IMG/VR virus record: IMGVR_UViG_3300037722_000994
Coordinates: 1 to 32,530 of that record
Strand: one strand, 5' to 3'
Length of the DNA: 32,530 bases
Source: a virus
Lineage: Duplodnaviria > Caudoviricetes
A program made the position numbers and the translations under genes. Positions 7,642 through 17,851 of this stretch are shown here, piece after piece. Under the pieces are notes generated by a model. That model was not told the origin of the DNA. It worked only from the letters and a program-made list of their open reading frames with translations, and searched no databases. How positions within the stretch are numbered: position 1 is the first letter of the stretch; every line of letters begins with the position of its first letter.

Positions 7642-10446
7642 TTATAATCCTCCATAAATGTACCCATAGGCCAAGCCGTACCCTGCGCGGCTGACGGTGT
7701 GATTAATTATTTGCCAGCTTGTGTAGCCATCCCGTACAGCCTCAATCTCAAAACGCAAGTCGGTAAACGGGCCGCCATCGGCAATCTCCATTGCTTCCGT
7801 ATACGCCCATGTTGTATCCGTTTCGCCCGTAACCGTCCGTAGTAAGCTTCCCTCGGTATCATCTGAGTACACCCTGATAGTGTACGTAGTTCCGGGTTCT
7901 GGACCGATATGACCATCGGTAAAATCAGCGAAGATGCCGGATGTTTGTTGTTGACGATCACGATGCGCCCAGATAATAACAATGTCGCCGGTTGCTGAAT
8001 CAGGGAAATATTCACCGTTAAACTGCACTTTGCCAGGGGGGAATGGTCTGATTGCCCTGGAGTCAAATGTCAAATCAGATGCCGTTGCCGTTGCTAAAGC
8101 AACCTCGCCAACATCATTACGTGCCAGCAGTTTGACGGACACCGCCTCGCCATCTACATAGGATATTGCATCGCCCTGACCGTAGTAATCCCAGGCGAAA
8201 ACAACAGAGCCTGATAGATGCGCGGTTGGAATTGTATCCAGCACCCCTCGGCCAACTGTAAGTTCCGTGGCGGTGACCCCATCAATGCGCACTAACTCAT
8301 CATTGATCTGCGCATGACTGCCGACAACTATACTGGAGAGGTCATCGCCATTGGTAATCGGGATAACGGTGCTCATCGGCCCGATATCAGCAGAGAGAAT
8401 GGCAGATGGACAAAAGTCTACCAGCACGGCCACTTCCTCATACCCTGTTCCTGCATCCACCCAAAGAGCGGCATTAATCGCATAGTTGGGCTTGACTGCG
8501 GTTGTAAGGAACAAGCCCGCAGTCGGCTCAACAGCCAATTGGTCATCAACAGAAGACTGCCCGTTAATCTGCACCAATTCATAATAAGGGGCTTCGATAA
8601 GAAGCAAGTTTGTAACGTTTTGCGGCGCTTGGTTGGTGTCGGTGAAAACTTCAATAGAGCCAGATGAAACATCATCAATAGATGCCAGCGAAAAAACATC
8701 CTGCGTGCATTCTATTTTGACCTGGTTGGAACGCCCGTCACCGAAGGCCATCCCCACTACGCGCATGATGATAGCGCCCACATGATAATCCGACCATTCA
8801 AATTTAAACACATCACCAATATTCAAGCTTGCAGCTTTGCGGGTTGCGTAAATTGTGCAGGATAGGTTTGGCGATGAGAGCGCATGCAAATCACGGCGCA
8901 CTGCCCGTCTAGCCAGTGAAGCATTAGAAATGCCGGGATAGTCGATCTTTTTAGCAACCACCCCGCCCTGCATTTGCACCAATGCAATGTCTTGTTCAGA
9001 AACCGTCGCGTTCTCAGCAGTTTGCCAATCCTCGTAAACCACTGTAATCGAGTTTGTTAACTCATCAATGGTGGAGCGGCGGTAATCATCGACTTTGATG
9101 ATATCGGCATCGCCCAGAGTGATGAGGCTTTCCTCATCATAGTCGTCGCGGATGAGTTTGAGAACGAACTTGCCCGTGGTGCGGTCAATGAATAACGTCG
9201 CATCGATATGCCGCAAAACCTCCCCGATAAAATCTTCAATAGATGCGCTTTTATCCCAAAGCATCGACAACCCAAACTCTTCCGCAAAAAGAGTATCGGC
9301 GGCAGAAATAAACGAACCCTCATCAATATCTGCCTCTTGATAACCTAAACCCCAAACTTGGCTGGTTAAGCACTCCCTGATAATGTGCGCTGGATTCATA
9401 TCCAGCTGCTCCCAACCTGCTAACGATGCATCGAAATAAGTCCCATCCCCGGTCACTCCAAAGTTCTCTGGTTCGTCAAGGCAATAAATAACGAGTGTAT
9501 GCGTTCCTATTGAAAAATCTCCGGAAAGCTCAAAGTATGCGTCTTCATTTGACGGGATTTGTTCATTGGTCGGATTAACCGCTCCTTGATAAATACCATC
9601 AAAATAGATAAAACAGGCGTTTTCAACGGTAATAAATAAAGCGAGATTGGCAGCAACTCTCGGTATTTCAATTTCTTTCCTAAGCCACAAATAATTTTGA
9701 TGCGGCCAATGTGTCATAATTGCATTGGGGAAGATTTCCGGTGTTATAAGAGACTCATTCCCAAACGGGGCAATGCCATTTGATATCCAATTGTTTGTCG
9801 GGGCTGGGAATGTTTCTGGGCTCGCTGGGATGTTAGTACCTGAGGAGTACTGATAATCCCATCCTGCTGAACCAATAGGGAATCCTTCAAACCTTCCAGC
9901 ACCAATACCGGCCTTGCTTTCATACCACTGCACTCCCCCATCGGAATCCTTAAATATTCGCTGGGCCTTAAACGCCCACGGCTTGATGTATGGATTATTG
10001 CCGAGATAGCATTGCCGCAACACCGCTGAGGTTACGCCACGGAACGCGGGAACGCTGGCATTTGTAGCAAAGGCGGACCATGCTGCGCCTGTTTCATCGA
10101 GAGCGCCGATGCTGATAAAAATTTGTTTCTGTGCATCGCTTAAAGCCCCCGGCGCGGGCAGGGTTTCGCTGCCGCCGACCTGCGTCAACAAATAATCATT
10201 GACCGCTTGCGTCGGTCCACCCCACAGTAGGTCTACGGTTCCCGAAACGCCACCTTCACCGCTATCCCCACCGAACAACGACGGCTCATCGATGGTGATC
10301 GGACTTGCATCGGCATCGCCAACCCACGCGGTCTTATCCCCAATGATAATTTCCTTGAGCTTATCGACAGGGCCGTGGCACAAAACCATGTGCATGCCAA
10401 GGTAGTAGCGATAGCCGACCGTTTGTTTTTTACTGCTGCCGCCCAC
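7642..10446 (-). CDS. central tail tip / host-specificity protein (lambda J / GTA megatron-like)
   Basis: MGGSSKKQTVGYRYYLGMHMVLCHGPVD, VPAFRG and DMNPAHIIRECLT motifs. 934 aa. GGAGGT RBS before GTG. Position in the tail tip module. Confidence 0.85.
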   Translation of the reverse strand: MGGSSKKQTVGYRYYLGMHMVLCHGPVDKLKEIIIGDKTAWVGDADASPITIDEPSLFGGDSGEGGVSGTVDLLWGGPTQAVNDYLLTQVGGSETLPAPGALSDAQKQIFISIGALDETGAAWSAFATNASVPAFRGVTSAVLRQCYLGNNPYIKPWAFKAQRIFKDSDGGVQWYESKAGIGAGRFEGFPIGSAGWDYQYSSGTNIPASPETFPAPTNNWISNGIAPFGNESLITPEIFPNAIMTHWPHQNYLWLRKEIEIPRVAANLALFITVENACFIYFDGIYQGAVNPTNEQIPSNEDAYFELSGDFSIGTHTLVIYCLDEPENFGVTGDGTYFDASLAGWEQLDMNPAHIIRECLTSQVWGLGYQEADIDEGSFISAADTLFAEEFGLSMLWDKSASIEDFIGEVLRHIDATLFIDRTTGKFVLKLIRDDYDEESLITLGDADIIKVDDYRRSTIDELTNSITVVYEDWQTAENATVSEQDIALVQMQGGVVAKKIDYPGISNASLARRAVRRDLHALSSPNLSCTIYATRKAASLNIGDVFKFEWSDYHVGAIIMRVVGMAFGDGRSNQVKIECTQDVFSLASIDDVSSGSIEVFTDTNQAPQNVTNLLLIEAPYYELVQINGQSSVDDQLAVEPTAGLFLTTAVKPNYAINAALWVDAGTGYEEVAVLVDFCPSAILSADIGPMSTVIPITNGDDLSSIVVGSHAQINDELVRIDGVTATELTVGRGVLDTIPTAHLSGSVVFAWDYYGQGDAISYVDGEAVSVKLLARNDVGEVALATATASDLTFDSRAIRPFPPGKVQFNGEYFPDSATGDIVIIWAHRDRQQQTSGIFADFTDGHIGPEPGTTYTIRVYSDDTEGSLLRTVTGETDTTWAYTEAMEIADGGPFTDLRFEIEAVRDGYTSWQIINHTVSRAGYGLAYGYIYGGL

Positions 10447-10627
10447 GAGCTACCTCCACAACTTTGAGAGCCATTACGTCCTTAGTATCAATAAACTTTT
10501 GCGCAGGGATTCCATTTTTGATAAAGTCTTGCCAGTCGAGATTATGACGCTCAAAGAATTTACGCGCACCACCTGAGCACATTTTAAGAGAACGCACATC
10601 TTTCATGGTGCAGCGCAATTCATCCAT
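10430..10627 (-). CDS. small tail assembly protein
   Basis: C..GAR.FF.RH.LDW..F...GI pattern typical of the small gene just before this tip-protein family. TAATG overlap. Confidence 0.7.
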   Translation of the reverse strand: MDELRCTMKDVRSLKMCSGGARKFFERHNLDWQDFIKNGIPAQKFIDTKDVMALKVVEVARGRQQ

Positions 10628-10854
10628 TACTTTTTACCGCCTTTCTTGCGAATCGGCACAACTTTCTTATCCCCGTACCAAACCACGTTCGGCCCTTTGA
10701 TCTCGCGGGTGCCAAACAACACCGGAATTTCCCGCCCCTCTTCAGCAGTTGGGGCTTTAATTTCGCCAATCGCCGGGATGGATACTTTCGGTTTGGGTGC
10801 CAAGGCATAAGAAACTACCAGGGCGACGACAAAGGCTGCGACGTACCACCACAT
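10627..10854 (-). CDS. small tail tip assembly protein (lambda I-like position)
   Basis: Hydrophobic N-terminus, then PTAEEGREIPVLFGT...GPNVVWYGD. Start at ATG 10854 by TGATG overlap. Confidence 0.78.
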   Translation of the reverse strand: MWWYVAAFVVALVVSYALAPKPKVSIPAIGEIKAPTAEEGREIPVLFGTREIKGPNVVWYGDKKVVPIRKKGGKK

Positions 10855-11660
10855 CAGATTGCTCCTTGGAACGGGTTGCGACTGGGAATCCACGGAAAGC
10901 CGCCGTGATTGTCGAGGTTGGCAAACACCAACGCGCAGATCAGGCGGGTGCGATCACAACCAGGATAAATAAAAATTGGGTCATCTACTTCAATACCGGG
11001 CAATGTCCGCGACAGGGTTAATTGATTACCGCTATGCGAAGTGATGTAGCGGAATACTTCATTATGCTTAACCATCCCCGCAAGATAAAACTTTGGCGTA
11101 TCCAAGGTGGCATCTTCCGCATCATCTAAAACAACAGTTAGCACGTTGTCTGAGACAACTGAAACGGTACCCGCCACTGCAAAGTCATCTTTATTCAACC
11201 GGCAGCCGTTGCCGTAGAGGACATGGCGGCAGTCTTTCTGATACACCGCCCGCAAACCGGGACGTTTCAGGCTAGTGAAGATGGACTCACATTCAATGGT
11301 AATTGTTTGTTCGGAAGAACCCGCACCAACAACACGGCCCTTCCAGTAAGTAGCCGCATCTTCTGAATCAAGGTGCTTACGGAACATTGTCATTGTCATA
11401 CTATTTTCAGGGGGGTACCCGAGAAACTGACTAGCAAATTCATCATCAATAGGGAATTTCAGCTTTACAGGATCTTTGGCTATCTCATTGGATTGTGTGA
11501 CAGTACTATGACTTACCGGGGAAGGGTTCCAGGTAACAGCATTGAATACAATTTCATCGGGAGTGCTATTCAGACGGGTTATTGCAGCCCCATCGATAAA
11601 CTCGTACAAAAAGGTGGGCCTGCCATCCTGTGCACTTATTTCATCAATGGCGTATGTCAT
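10854..11660 (-). CDS. tail hub protein, DUF2163/BR0599 family (lambda L-like, probable Fe-S Cys cluster)
   Basis: CRHVLY..GC ... PGCDR....C...F.N..N.GGFP.IP..NPF four-Cys pattern. Confidence 0.85.
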   Translation of the reverse strand: MTYAIDEISAQDGRPTFLYEFIDGAAITRLNSTPDEIVFNAVTWNPSPVSHSTVTQSNEIAKDPVKLKFPIDDEFASQFLGYPPENSMTMTMFRKHLDSEDAATYWKGRVVGAGSSEQTITIECESIFTSLKRPGLRAVYQKDCRHVLYGNGCRLNKDDFAVAGTVSVVSDNVLTVVLDDAEDATLDTPKFYLAGMVKHNEVFRYITSHSGNQLTLSRTLPGIEVDDPIFIYPGCDRTRLICALVFANLDNHGGFPWIPSRNPFQGAI

Positions 11661-13162
11661 GGAACAGGCACCTCAATGCAGGGTATAATAACAGAAGTTG
11701 CTACATTCGTATTATGCTTAAACTCAACTCTATCAGAGTCAAAACGACCACACCTTAGAATACTTATTCTGTTAACGTTTGCTGGTGTGATTGTGGCCCC
11801 CAAAGCGCTGGGTATAGTTAGGTTTATCGTACTGTCACCTATCTTAACAGCATTCGTGATTTGTACATAATAAATTGTAGTGCTTGTCACAATCTCAATA
11901 TCAAACGCGGTCCTGTCTAACGAACCCATGCCCATAGGCTGCATCACAGTTATTGTAGTCGCTGAAGGGCCTATCGTCTCCGCCAACTCAAAATCTTTAT
12001 TATAAGTGGAGGACCAAAACGCTAAATGCTTTCCATACCTACTATGTACCCAATTCCTAAGTACCGCAACACCTGCCACGGTATTTTTATACCAGCTTAG
12101 AGAAAAGGTTTCATCTGGCAAAGCCCTCCGATTTACCAAAACAGGGGTGCCTAGCTCATTATCTATGACTGATACAGGGTAAATAATGCTTTCTCTCATT
12201 TGAGACACCCCAATGACCGGGGGATCTGTCATAACATCATGCCCCCTATAGGATGCGTATGGTGTTGCTGCTTTATTGCTATTTTTTGTAATTTGAAAAA
12301 CTGCTCTAGCTAGGATACTATTTGGCGTCCTCCTAGTAAATTCTAAACCTGAAGGGCATATGGCAGGTAGCATGGGGTAGGCTAATGCGGTGCCTTGTTC
12401 TATAGTAACTTGTACCGCATCAAAACCATACGCTTGAATCGCGCTCACTTTTACTATTTGATAGTTTCCCGACCCTGTCCATAAAAAAATACTATCCCCC
12501 ACAACAACATCCCAATTACTCATATCTACAGTAATTGGTACTACCGCCCCTATAGAAATACCAGAAGCCGGAGAAGGTATAGCCCAATCGGGCATTAGAA
12601 AAGAAGTTGCGTAGCGCATTGACATTTTAGCAGCAGAAAACGCATCGGCGTTAAGATTATAACTAAGATCAAAAAATCTGCGCGGGGCATTCCTCAAAGA
12701 AAGCCGCTGCTCCTTGTTTTTTGTCCGAAGCACATCTGTTTTAAATTCCAATATCTCCGTATAACCAACCGCTGGTTTATACTGCCAAGGTACTAAAGAC
12801 CTGCCTGACAGCCTGCTTTTGTTATGTGCCGACTTTGTTACAGCCCCTATAAAACCAGAGTACCTGTAAACCCCCCCAAAAGCCTGTGTATACGAACTTT
12901 TTGCAACAGCTACTATATTACCTAACTGAGGGATTGGCCCTGCAAGGGTCTTTTCACTTGAAACAGCAGCGACAACGCCAACAGACCCTTCAAAAAGAAC
13001 CATGCTAGCAACGGGAACGGTATACGTTCCACTAGCATTGATAAGAACTAAAGTGCGAGCAGTTGACGCCTGTACCGGACTTCCTGCATCTACGACAGGA
13101 ACGGCGCTAACGGACTCTGCCGTGTAAGAACCCCCTGAGTTTATAAGTATAAGTTTGGACAT
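11657..13162 (-). CDS. virion tail protein (distal-tail-like) with ~120-aa N-terminal extension
   Basis: E.LEFKTDVL....EQRLSLR..PRR.F and RFDSDRVEF.H motifs. Lies between tape measure and hub. Confidence 0.72.
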   Translation of the reverse strand: MSKLILINSGGSYTAESVSAVPVVDAGSPVQASTARTLVLINASGTYTVPVASMVLFEGSVGVVAAVSSEKTLAGPIPQLGNIVAVAKSSYTQAFGGVYRYSGFIGAVTKSAHNKSRLSGRSLVPWQYKPAVGYTEILEFKTDVLRTKNKEQRLSLRNAPRRFFDLSYNLNADAFSAAKMSMRYATSFLMPDWAIPSPASGISIGAVVPITVDMSNWDVVVGDSIFLWTGSGNYQIVKVSAIQAYGFDAVQVTIEQGTALAYPMLPAICPSGLEFTRRTPNSILARAVFQITKNSNKAATPYASYRGHDVMTDPPVIGVSQMRESIIYPVSVIDNELGTPVLVNRRALPDETFSLSWYKNTVAGVAVLRNWVHSRYGKHLAFWSSTYNKDFELAETIGPSATTITVMQPMGMGSLDRTAFDIEIVTSTTIYYVQITNAVKIGDSTINLTIPSALGATITPANVNRISILRCGRFDSDRVEFKHNTNVATSVIIPCIEVPVP

Positions 13163-13172
13163 GCTTTACCCC

Positions 13173-14096
13173 TTATACCACGTTAAAAAACTCAAGAGGC
13201 AAATCTGGGTTATACGTCCCATAGCTCAATTCATCAATTAATGTTCCCCCGTTGTTAATACTGTATAGGAACAATCCTGATCCAGAGTCGGAAGCTATAT
13301 AATATCCGTTTGCAAACTGCTTTATTTCACCGCCAGAAGGAATGGCCAGTTGAATAGTTTCAAATGCGGTTTGTACCCAATCATCTCCTGGTTGACCTTC
13401 TATTTCCCCGATATATATAGTATATTTATGACATACATATCCATTGATATTGTCGAGTAGAATATGCCAATCTCCAGTAGCATTATCATCATAAAAACCG
13501 TAACACTGAACGCTGTTATCTATAATCTTACAATACTGCGCATCAACTGAATAAACATAAGCGTTTCCATTGTTGTATAGAGTAGAATTGACAAATGTGA
13601 AGTTTGGCGCACCTGATAGATATTTACCAAGACCCACTTTATAATGATAGTCATCTGTGAAAAACATGGTTGGCAATGCGGTGAGAGCCTCTGGATGATT
13701 GGTAATGTTTGTATTTTCACCAGTCATTAGAGGATCAATTAAAATATCCCCTGGTGCTTGGGTCAAAGAAGTAATTGCCGATTTCGACCACCTAGAAGTT
13801 TGAACGCCAAGGTACCCGTTATCATCCTGAAGAAACATGATCATGCCAATGCCATACGCAGAAGCTGTGAACTTTGAGATTGATACCGGCAAATCTCCAT
13901 TGGAGTATTTGAGCTGTCCTAATGACACGTATGACCCCGCAGAAGCTCCATCCCCATATGGCGGAAATGGGGAAACGAACTTTGCAGTGATTGCGCCAGT
14001 AGAGGAACATTTGACAATATAGTTCCCTACATAAGCAACTAAGTCCCCAGTTTCTAAATCACCCCCTGTAATCGTTTGTTTTGTTAACGTGAGCAT
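13173..14096 (-). CDS. hypothetical protein (likely virion-associated)
   Basis: 307-aa ORF with GGAG RBS inside the tail module. AT-rich and Tyr/Gly/Asn-rich. No family recognised. Confidence 0.65.
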   Translation of the reverse strand: MLTLTKQTITGGDLETGDLVAYVGNYIVKCSSTGAITAKFVSPFPPYGDGASAGSYVSLGQLKYSNGDLPVSISKFTASAYGIGMIMFLQDDNGYLGVQTSRWSKSAITSLTQAPGDILIDPLMTGENTNITNHPEALTALPTMFFTDDYHYKVGLGKYLSGAPNFTFVNSTLYNNGNAYVYSVDAQYCKIIDNSVQCYGFYDDNATGDWHILLDNINGYVCHKYTIYIGEIEGQPGDDWVQTAFETIQLAIPSGGEIKQFANGYYIASDSGSGLFLYSINNGGTLIDELSYGTYNPDLPLEFFNVV

Positions 14097-14111
14097 TTCA
14101 TAGACTCCGTT

Positions 14112-14531
14112 TTATGTAGGGGTTCCATTACCAAGAACAAACGACGGCGTAATTATCAAAGTATCCCCACTAAATTCAGGTTGATATGGGGTTGCTAGTG
14201 TTTCAGCAAACAATAACGTAGTTCCTTGAAGGACTTGGTAGCCGGTAATAGTTGCGGGGCCTGTTAATGGCCCTGTGAAAGCAAATGACACTGCGGGCCA
14301 TGTGGCGATAGGTCGGCCCGAAGAATCTAATGCAATTGTAGCATCATTCGTCATTTCCCCATCCACATACCCACCGCCAACCGCTTTAGTATGCGTTGTA
14401 TTAATGTGTGTATCAGCAGGAGCAGTGCTGTCTGTAAATAACTGTATGGTAAATGCCGTTGGCTTGGCGGTTGCACCGTAAAGAACCCCCAAAAGATACT
14501 GCCCACCCACATCCGCAATTTTTGAACTCAT
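14112..14531 (-). CDS. putative virion structural protein
   Basis: AAGGAG RBS. Beta-rich L.LFT...P...GGGY...FT....ITGY....LLFAE pattern seen in small phage structural proteins. Confidence 0.65.
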   Translation of the reverse strand: MSSKIADVGGQYLLGVLYGATAKPTAFTIQLFTDSTAPADTHINTTHTKAVGGGYVDGEMTNDATIALDSSGRPIATWPAVSFAFTGPLTGPATITGYQVLQGTTLLFAETLATPYQPEFSGDTLIITPSFVLGNGTPT

Positions 14532-14571
14532 GATGTTATTCTCCTTTTAAACCATGCCATAATTACCAATT

Positions 14572-17124
14572 CTACCCCATAAATTGCTTGATAGTACTTG
14601 CATTGCGCCTAACCACATTCATGATTTTCTGTTCCCCACTATCAGAACCTATGTAATCGCCCACTACCTCTGTATCAAACGCATTTATTATTCTAATTTT
14701 ATTTTCAGAAGAACCGCCTGCATTAGCCTGGGAATTTTGCTGAATGTCCGACAGTACTTTATCCAATTTGGCGCTTGTTTGCGAGGTTACAACACGCTCA
14801 CCTTTTTCAAGATTCCACGTACCATCTTCAGGCACAGAATCAAGTCCTTTATGGGCCATACCTGCCGCGCCGATACTTGTTGAAGCCAAAGCCATCGCCA
14901 GCGTATTTGTCGCGGTTATACCGGCCATGGCCGGGGCACTGTTAGCACCCCAAGAGGCAAGCGAGACCATGGCTGCTGCGGGGGCATACGACGCCGCAAT
15001 GGCCGGGCCTGCGGCTGCGGCTGCTGTCACGTTGGCTGCCTGTACCGTTTTGCCCGACATCATTTGTACAGCTTGCAGCACTAACCATTGTGCCGCTATT
15101 TGTCCAAGGGTGTTAACCATGGATCGTGCTATGGTGCGGGCCATGTTTCCGATAGCATCACTCACACTTGTTGCATCAAAAACAATGCTCTCGAAAGCTT
15201 CGCCAAAGGCGCTGCTAAACTCCTGTGCCACCATCATACCTTGCTCGTAGAAAGTGGCCATTTGGTCTTGCAGCTGAGCCATCTTCTCTTTTACGCCATC
15301 AATAAAACCGCCATAAATGCGGTCATACTCTTGGCCCAGCATGGCAAGTTGTTCCTGTGTGGTTTGTATAGCAGTTATCTGAGAGTTCCAACCAGAAACA
15401 TCCTCGCCTTTTTTCATCCCGGACAAGTATTGTTCCTGTACAGTCAACAACTTCTGATATTCTGTTATACGGGCCTTAACAGCTTCGCCTTGCGATATAA
15501 CACGGTCTTGCTGTGCCATATCAATCTTAAACAGATTTGTATTTATCTCCTGTTCGGCAATGGCCTGTGCATCCTCTTTAGCCTTTTTCATTGAATCTAC
15601 ATAAATGCTAAACTGCTCAGCTTCGTGCTGTGCCCACTCATTCCTAAGCACAGCCTCTTGCCACACTTCAATCTCTTTAAGCAGCTCGGGGTACTCGGCT
15701 TTTAGATCGATTGTTTTATTAGTCACATCGGCTAAAGTTTTACCAAATCCTTTTAAACCGGAAGAATTGATGTCAGCCTCTAACTTGCGACGCATGTCAG
15801 CGATTTTATCAAGCCGTTTTAATTCCGCAGCACTTGGTCCGCCGCCTTTGCCACTTTGAGTACCCGCTGCCATTGCTGGCGGTACAGCCGGGGCCTCGCC
15901 GTACAACGCCTGATAGCGGGTTTTCATCACATCATCAATACCCTCCATAGCCAAGGCGTATTCTTTTTGGGTTTGTTTTATCGCATCGGCATAAGATACG
16001 ATAGGTCCTTTAGCAGCAGCATCCATTTCATCAGCAAGTTTACGGATACCTCCGGTGGAGCTTGCCGCACCCATACCGTTCAGCAGGCGGTTTATCCAAT
16101 CTATACCGTCGGCAATCTTACGCAAACCACCTGTGAAGATACTAACTATACCTTCCCATGTGTTCTTGAAAGCATACTCTATAGAAAGGAATACTTGAGA
16201 AGCGCCTAACCGCCATTGCTCCCAACCACGCAGCACAAAGGCAACAAGGCTGGTAACACCCCAGGAAATGGCTTTAAACGTGGCTGTAGCGGCACGCAAA
16301 ACATGGCGCATGGCTTCAATGAACCCACCTTTGGCCATTTCGTTAAGCATATCGTCCCACGATGTGAGGAAACGGTTTATTTCGCTCTGTGTGGATTTTA
16401 TGGCTTCCGGAATAGCATCTGCAAAGGTGTTTCGGATCTCTTGGGACAGTTTCGGCAGGAAGTCTTCTGCAAGAAGTGTACCCTTGGACACCAGCTTATC
16501 AAACTCAACGCCGGTCATGCCCATGGCACGCTGGGCAATGAGCAAGGCACCCGGTAAACGCTCGCCTAATTGCTGGCGAAGCTCTTCCATGGAAACCTTG
16601 CCTTTACTAATCATCTGTGATATGGCATACAGTGCGCCCTTTACATCCTCAGAAGAAAGTCGTAAGACAGTACCGGCTTCCGAAATGGAGGTAAAAATAT
16701 CACGTACTGTTTGTCCTTGGATAACGGTGTCTTTGGCACTTGCTGCAATAGTACCGAACATATCGGCGGCATCTTTAAGCCGCAAACCAAGGCGCTCAGC
16801 TTCAGCACGGACAAACGCTAATTCACCGGCAGCGTTTTGCATACCACCGGTAGCAGCAATCATCTTGTACTCTAGGCGTTCGAACGCAATGCCGGTTTTG
16901 ATTATTTCAGATATACCACCGCCAATGATACCGGCAGTGAATAGAGTTTGCAGATTTAATAGGCTACTTTGTAATCTGGCGAACGAAGCATTGTTAACGG
17001 CAGCAATGCTTTTAAGGGAGCGGCTGGAAAACCGGTCTACGGCAGCCTCAGCCGAACGTAGACCGGATGTTAAGCCTCCTGTTTGGGCACCAACAATAAC
17101 ATATAACGATCCGATAGTAGCCAT
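14572..17124 (-). CDS. tail tape measure protein
   Basis: 850 aa, Ala-rich and helical. QMISKGKVSMEELRQQLGERLPGA N-terminal domain and GMAH.G...VP..GTW.L.KGERV C-terminus. Follows the G/GT chaperones. Confidence 0.95.
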   Translation of the reverse strand: MATIGSLYVIVGAQTGGLTSGLRSAEAAVDRFSSRSLKSIAAVNNASFARLQSSLLNLQTLFTAGIIGGGISEIIKTGIAFERLEYKMIAATGGMQNAAGELAFVRAEAERLGLRLKDAADMFGTIAASAKDTVIQGQTVRDIFTSISEAGTVLRLSSEDVKGALYAISQMISKGKVSMEELRQQLGERLPGALLIAQRAMGMTGVEFDKLVSKGTLLAEDFLPKLSQEIRNTFADAIPEAIKSTQSEINRFLTSWDDMLNEMAKGGFIEAMRHVLRAATATFKAISWGVTSLVAFVLRGWEQWRLGASQVFLSIEYAFKNTWEGIVSIFTGGLRKIADGIDWINRLLNGMGAASSTGGIRKLADEMDAAAKGPIVSYADAIKQTQKEYALAMEGIDDVMKTRYQALYGEAPAVPPAMAAGTQSGKGGGPSAAELKRLDKIADMRRKLEADINSSGLKGFGKTLADVTNKTIDLKAEYPELLKEIEVWQEAVLRNEWAQHEAEQFSIYVDSMKKAKEDAQAIAEQEINTNLFKIDMAQQDRVISQGEAVKARITEYQKLLTVQEQYLSGMKKGEDVSGWNSQITAIQTTQEQLAMLGQEYDRIYGGFIDGVKEKMAQLQDQMATFYEQGMMVAQEFSSAFGEAFESIVFDATSVSDAIGNMARTIARSMVNTLGQIAAQWLVLQAVQMMSGKTVQAANVTAAAAAGPAIAASYAPAAAMVSLASWGANSAPAMAGITATNTLAMALASTSIGAAGMAHKGLDSVPEDGTWNLEKGERVVTSQTSAKLDKVLSDIQQNSQANAGGSSENKIRIINAFDTEVVGDYIGSDSGEQKIMNVVRRNASTIKQFMG

Positions 17125-17136
17125 TTATTATTTCCC

Positions 17137-17484
17137 CTACTGCTTCGGTACCTTCTTGTTATTCTTAGTAGCCTCCACCAGGCCCATAAGCAACTTCTTC
17201 ATTGTATCCGGCGATTGTTTTGGCGTTGGACCAAATACCGGCATAAAATCAGTTGGCGATACCTTTGGTTTTCCTTTTGCTATGTTACAGTTAGCGATAA
17301 CGGCTGATGTAATACCCATACGCAAGTCAGCGCGTTTTTCACCCCAAGGCTCTAGTATTTCAAAAGCCTGCCACTCCGCCAATTCATAACTATCCAACTC
17401 ATACAATAACTGCCTAACGGTTTTCCCTAACGCAAGAGCTAGGCGGAAGTAGAATCTTCGCTGGGGCCGCTGTTGGAGTTTCCC
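17137..17484 (-). CDS. tail assembly chaperone GT extension (expressed by -1 frameshift from the upstream gene)
   Basis: -1 frame open from the slippery site: KLQQRPQRRFYFRLALALGKTVRQLLYELDSYELAEWQAF... No obvious independent RBS/ATG. Confidence 0.85.
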   Translation of the reverse strand, partial: GKLQQRPQRRFYFRLALALGKTVRQLLYELDSYELAEWQAFEILEPWGEKRADLRMGITSAVIANCNIAKGKPKVSPTDFMPVFGPTPKQSPDTMKKLLMGLVEATKNNKKVPKQ

Positions 17485-17828
17485 ACGATTTCATCCAAGT
17501 CCTCTTTGCCAATACCGTTCAGGCGCTTGCAGACGGTAAACACACGATCAAGTGCAACAGCCGATTTCTTGCCAAGTGCCGTAATATCGGCCCCAGTAAA
17601 AATGAGCTGTCCTTCTTCATCAACGAGGCAACGAGAAACCAGTTTGGCGCGGGCATTCTCCAGAGTGGTGGATTTGCCGTCTTTGCCAAACATTTCCGTT
17701 TCCCAAGCATCACGCCCGGTGCCCGATAGGCCGCGCACACGAACAGTGCCGCCCCATTCAGGAACTTCAACATCTTCTGTTTTAATGTCTTCAACTTCGA
17801 GGATTTGCTGTCTGGTTAACAAGCTCAT
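17439..17828 (-). CDS. tail assembly chaperone G
   Basis: L.R.QIL...D...E.V.VPEWGG.V.VRGL pattern. AAAGGAG RBS. Lies between tail tube and tape measure. Confidence 0.88.
   Translation of the reverse strand: MSLLTRQQILEVEDIKTEDVEVPEWGGTVRVRGLSGTGRDAWETEMFGKDGKSTTLENARAKLVSRCLVDEEGQLIFTGADITALGKKSAVALDRVFTVCKRLNGIGKEDLDEIVGNSNSGPSEDSTSA
17478..17484 (-). promoter_or_regulatory. programmed -1 ribosomal frameshift heptamer G-GGA-AAC
   Basis: X-XXY-YYZ in the correct frame near the end of chaperone G (gtG GGA AAC). Confidence 0.88.
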
Positions 17829-17851
17829 GATAATATTCTCCCTTTAGAGAT

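Noticed and set aside
10854-11660. FAD/FMN dehydrogenase label often given to this family
   Set aside because: No dinucleotide-binding motif. The Cys pattern and gene order fit a tail hub protein.
14744-17389. Long plus-strand ORFs (373, 168 and 168 aa) opposite the tape measure gene
   Set aside because: Antisense shadows of an Ala-rich gene with no protein-like features.
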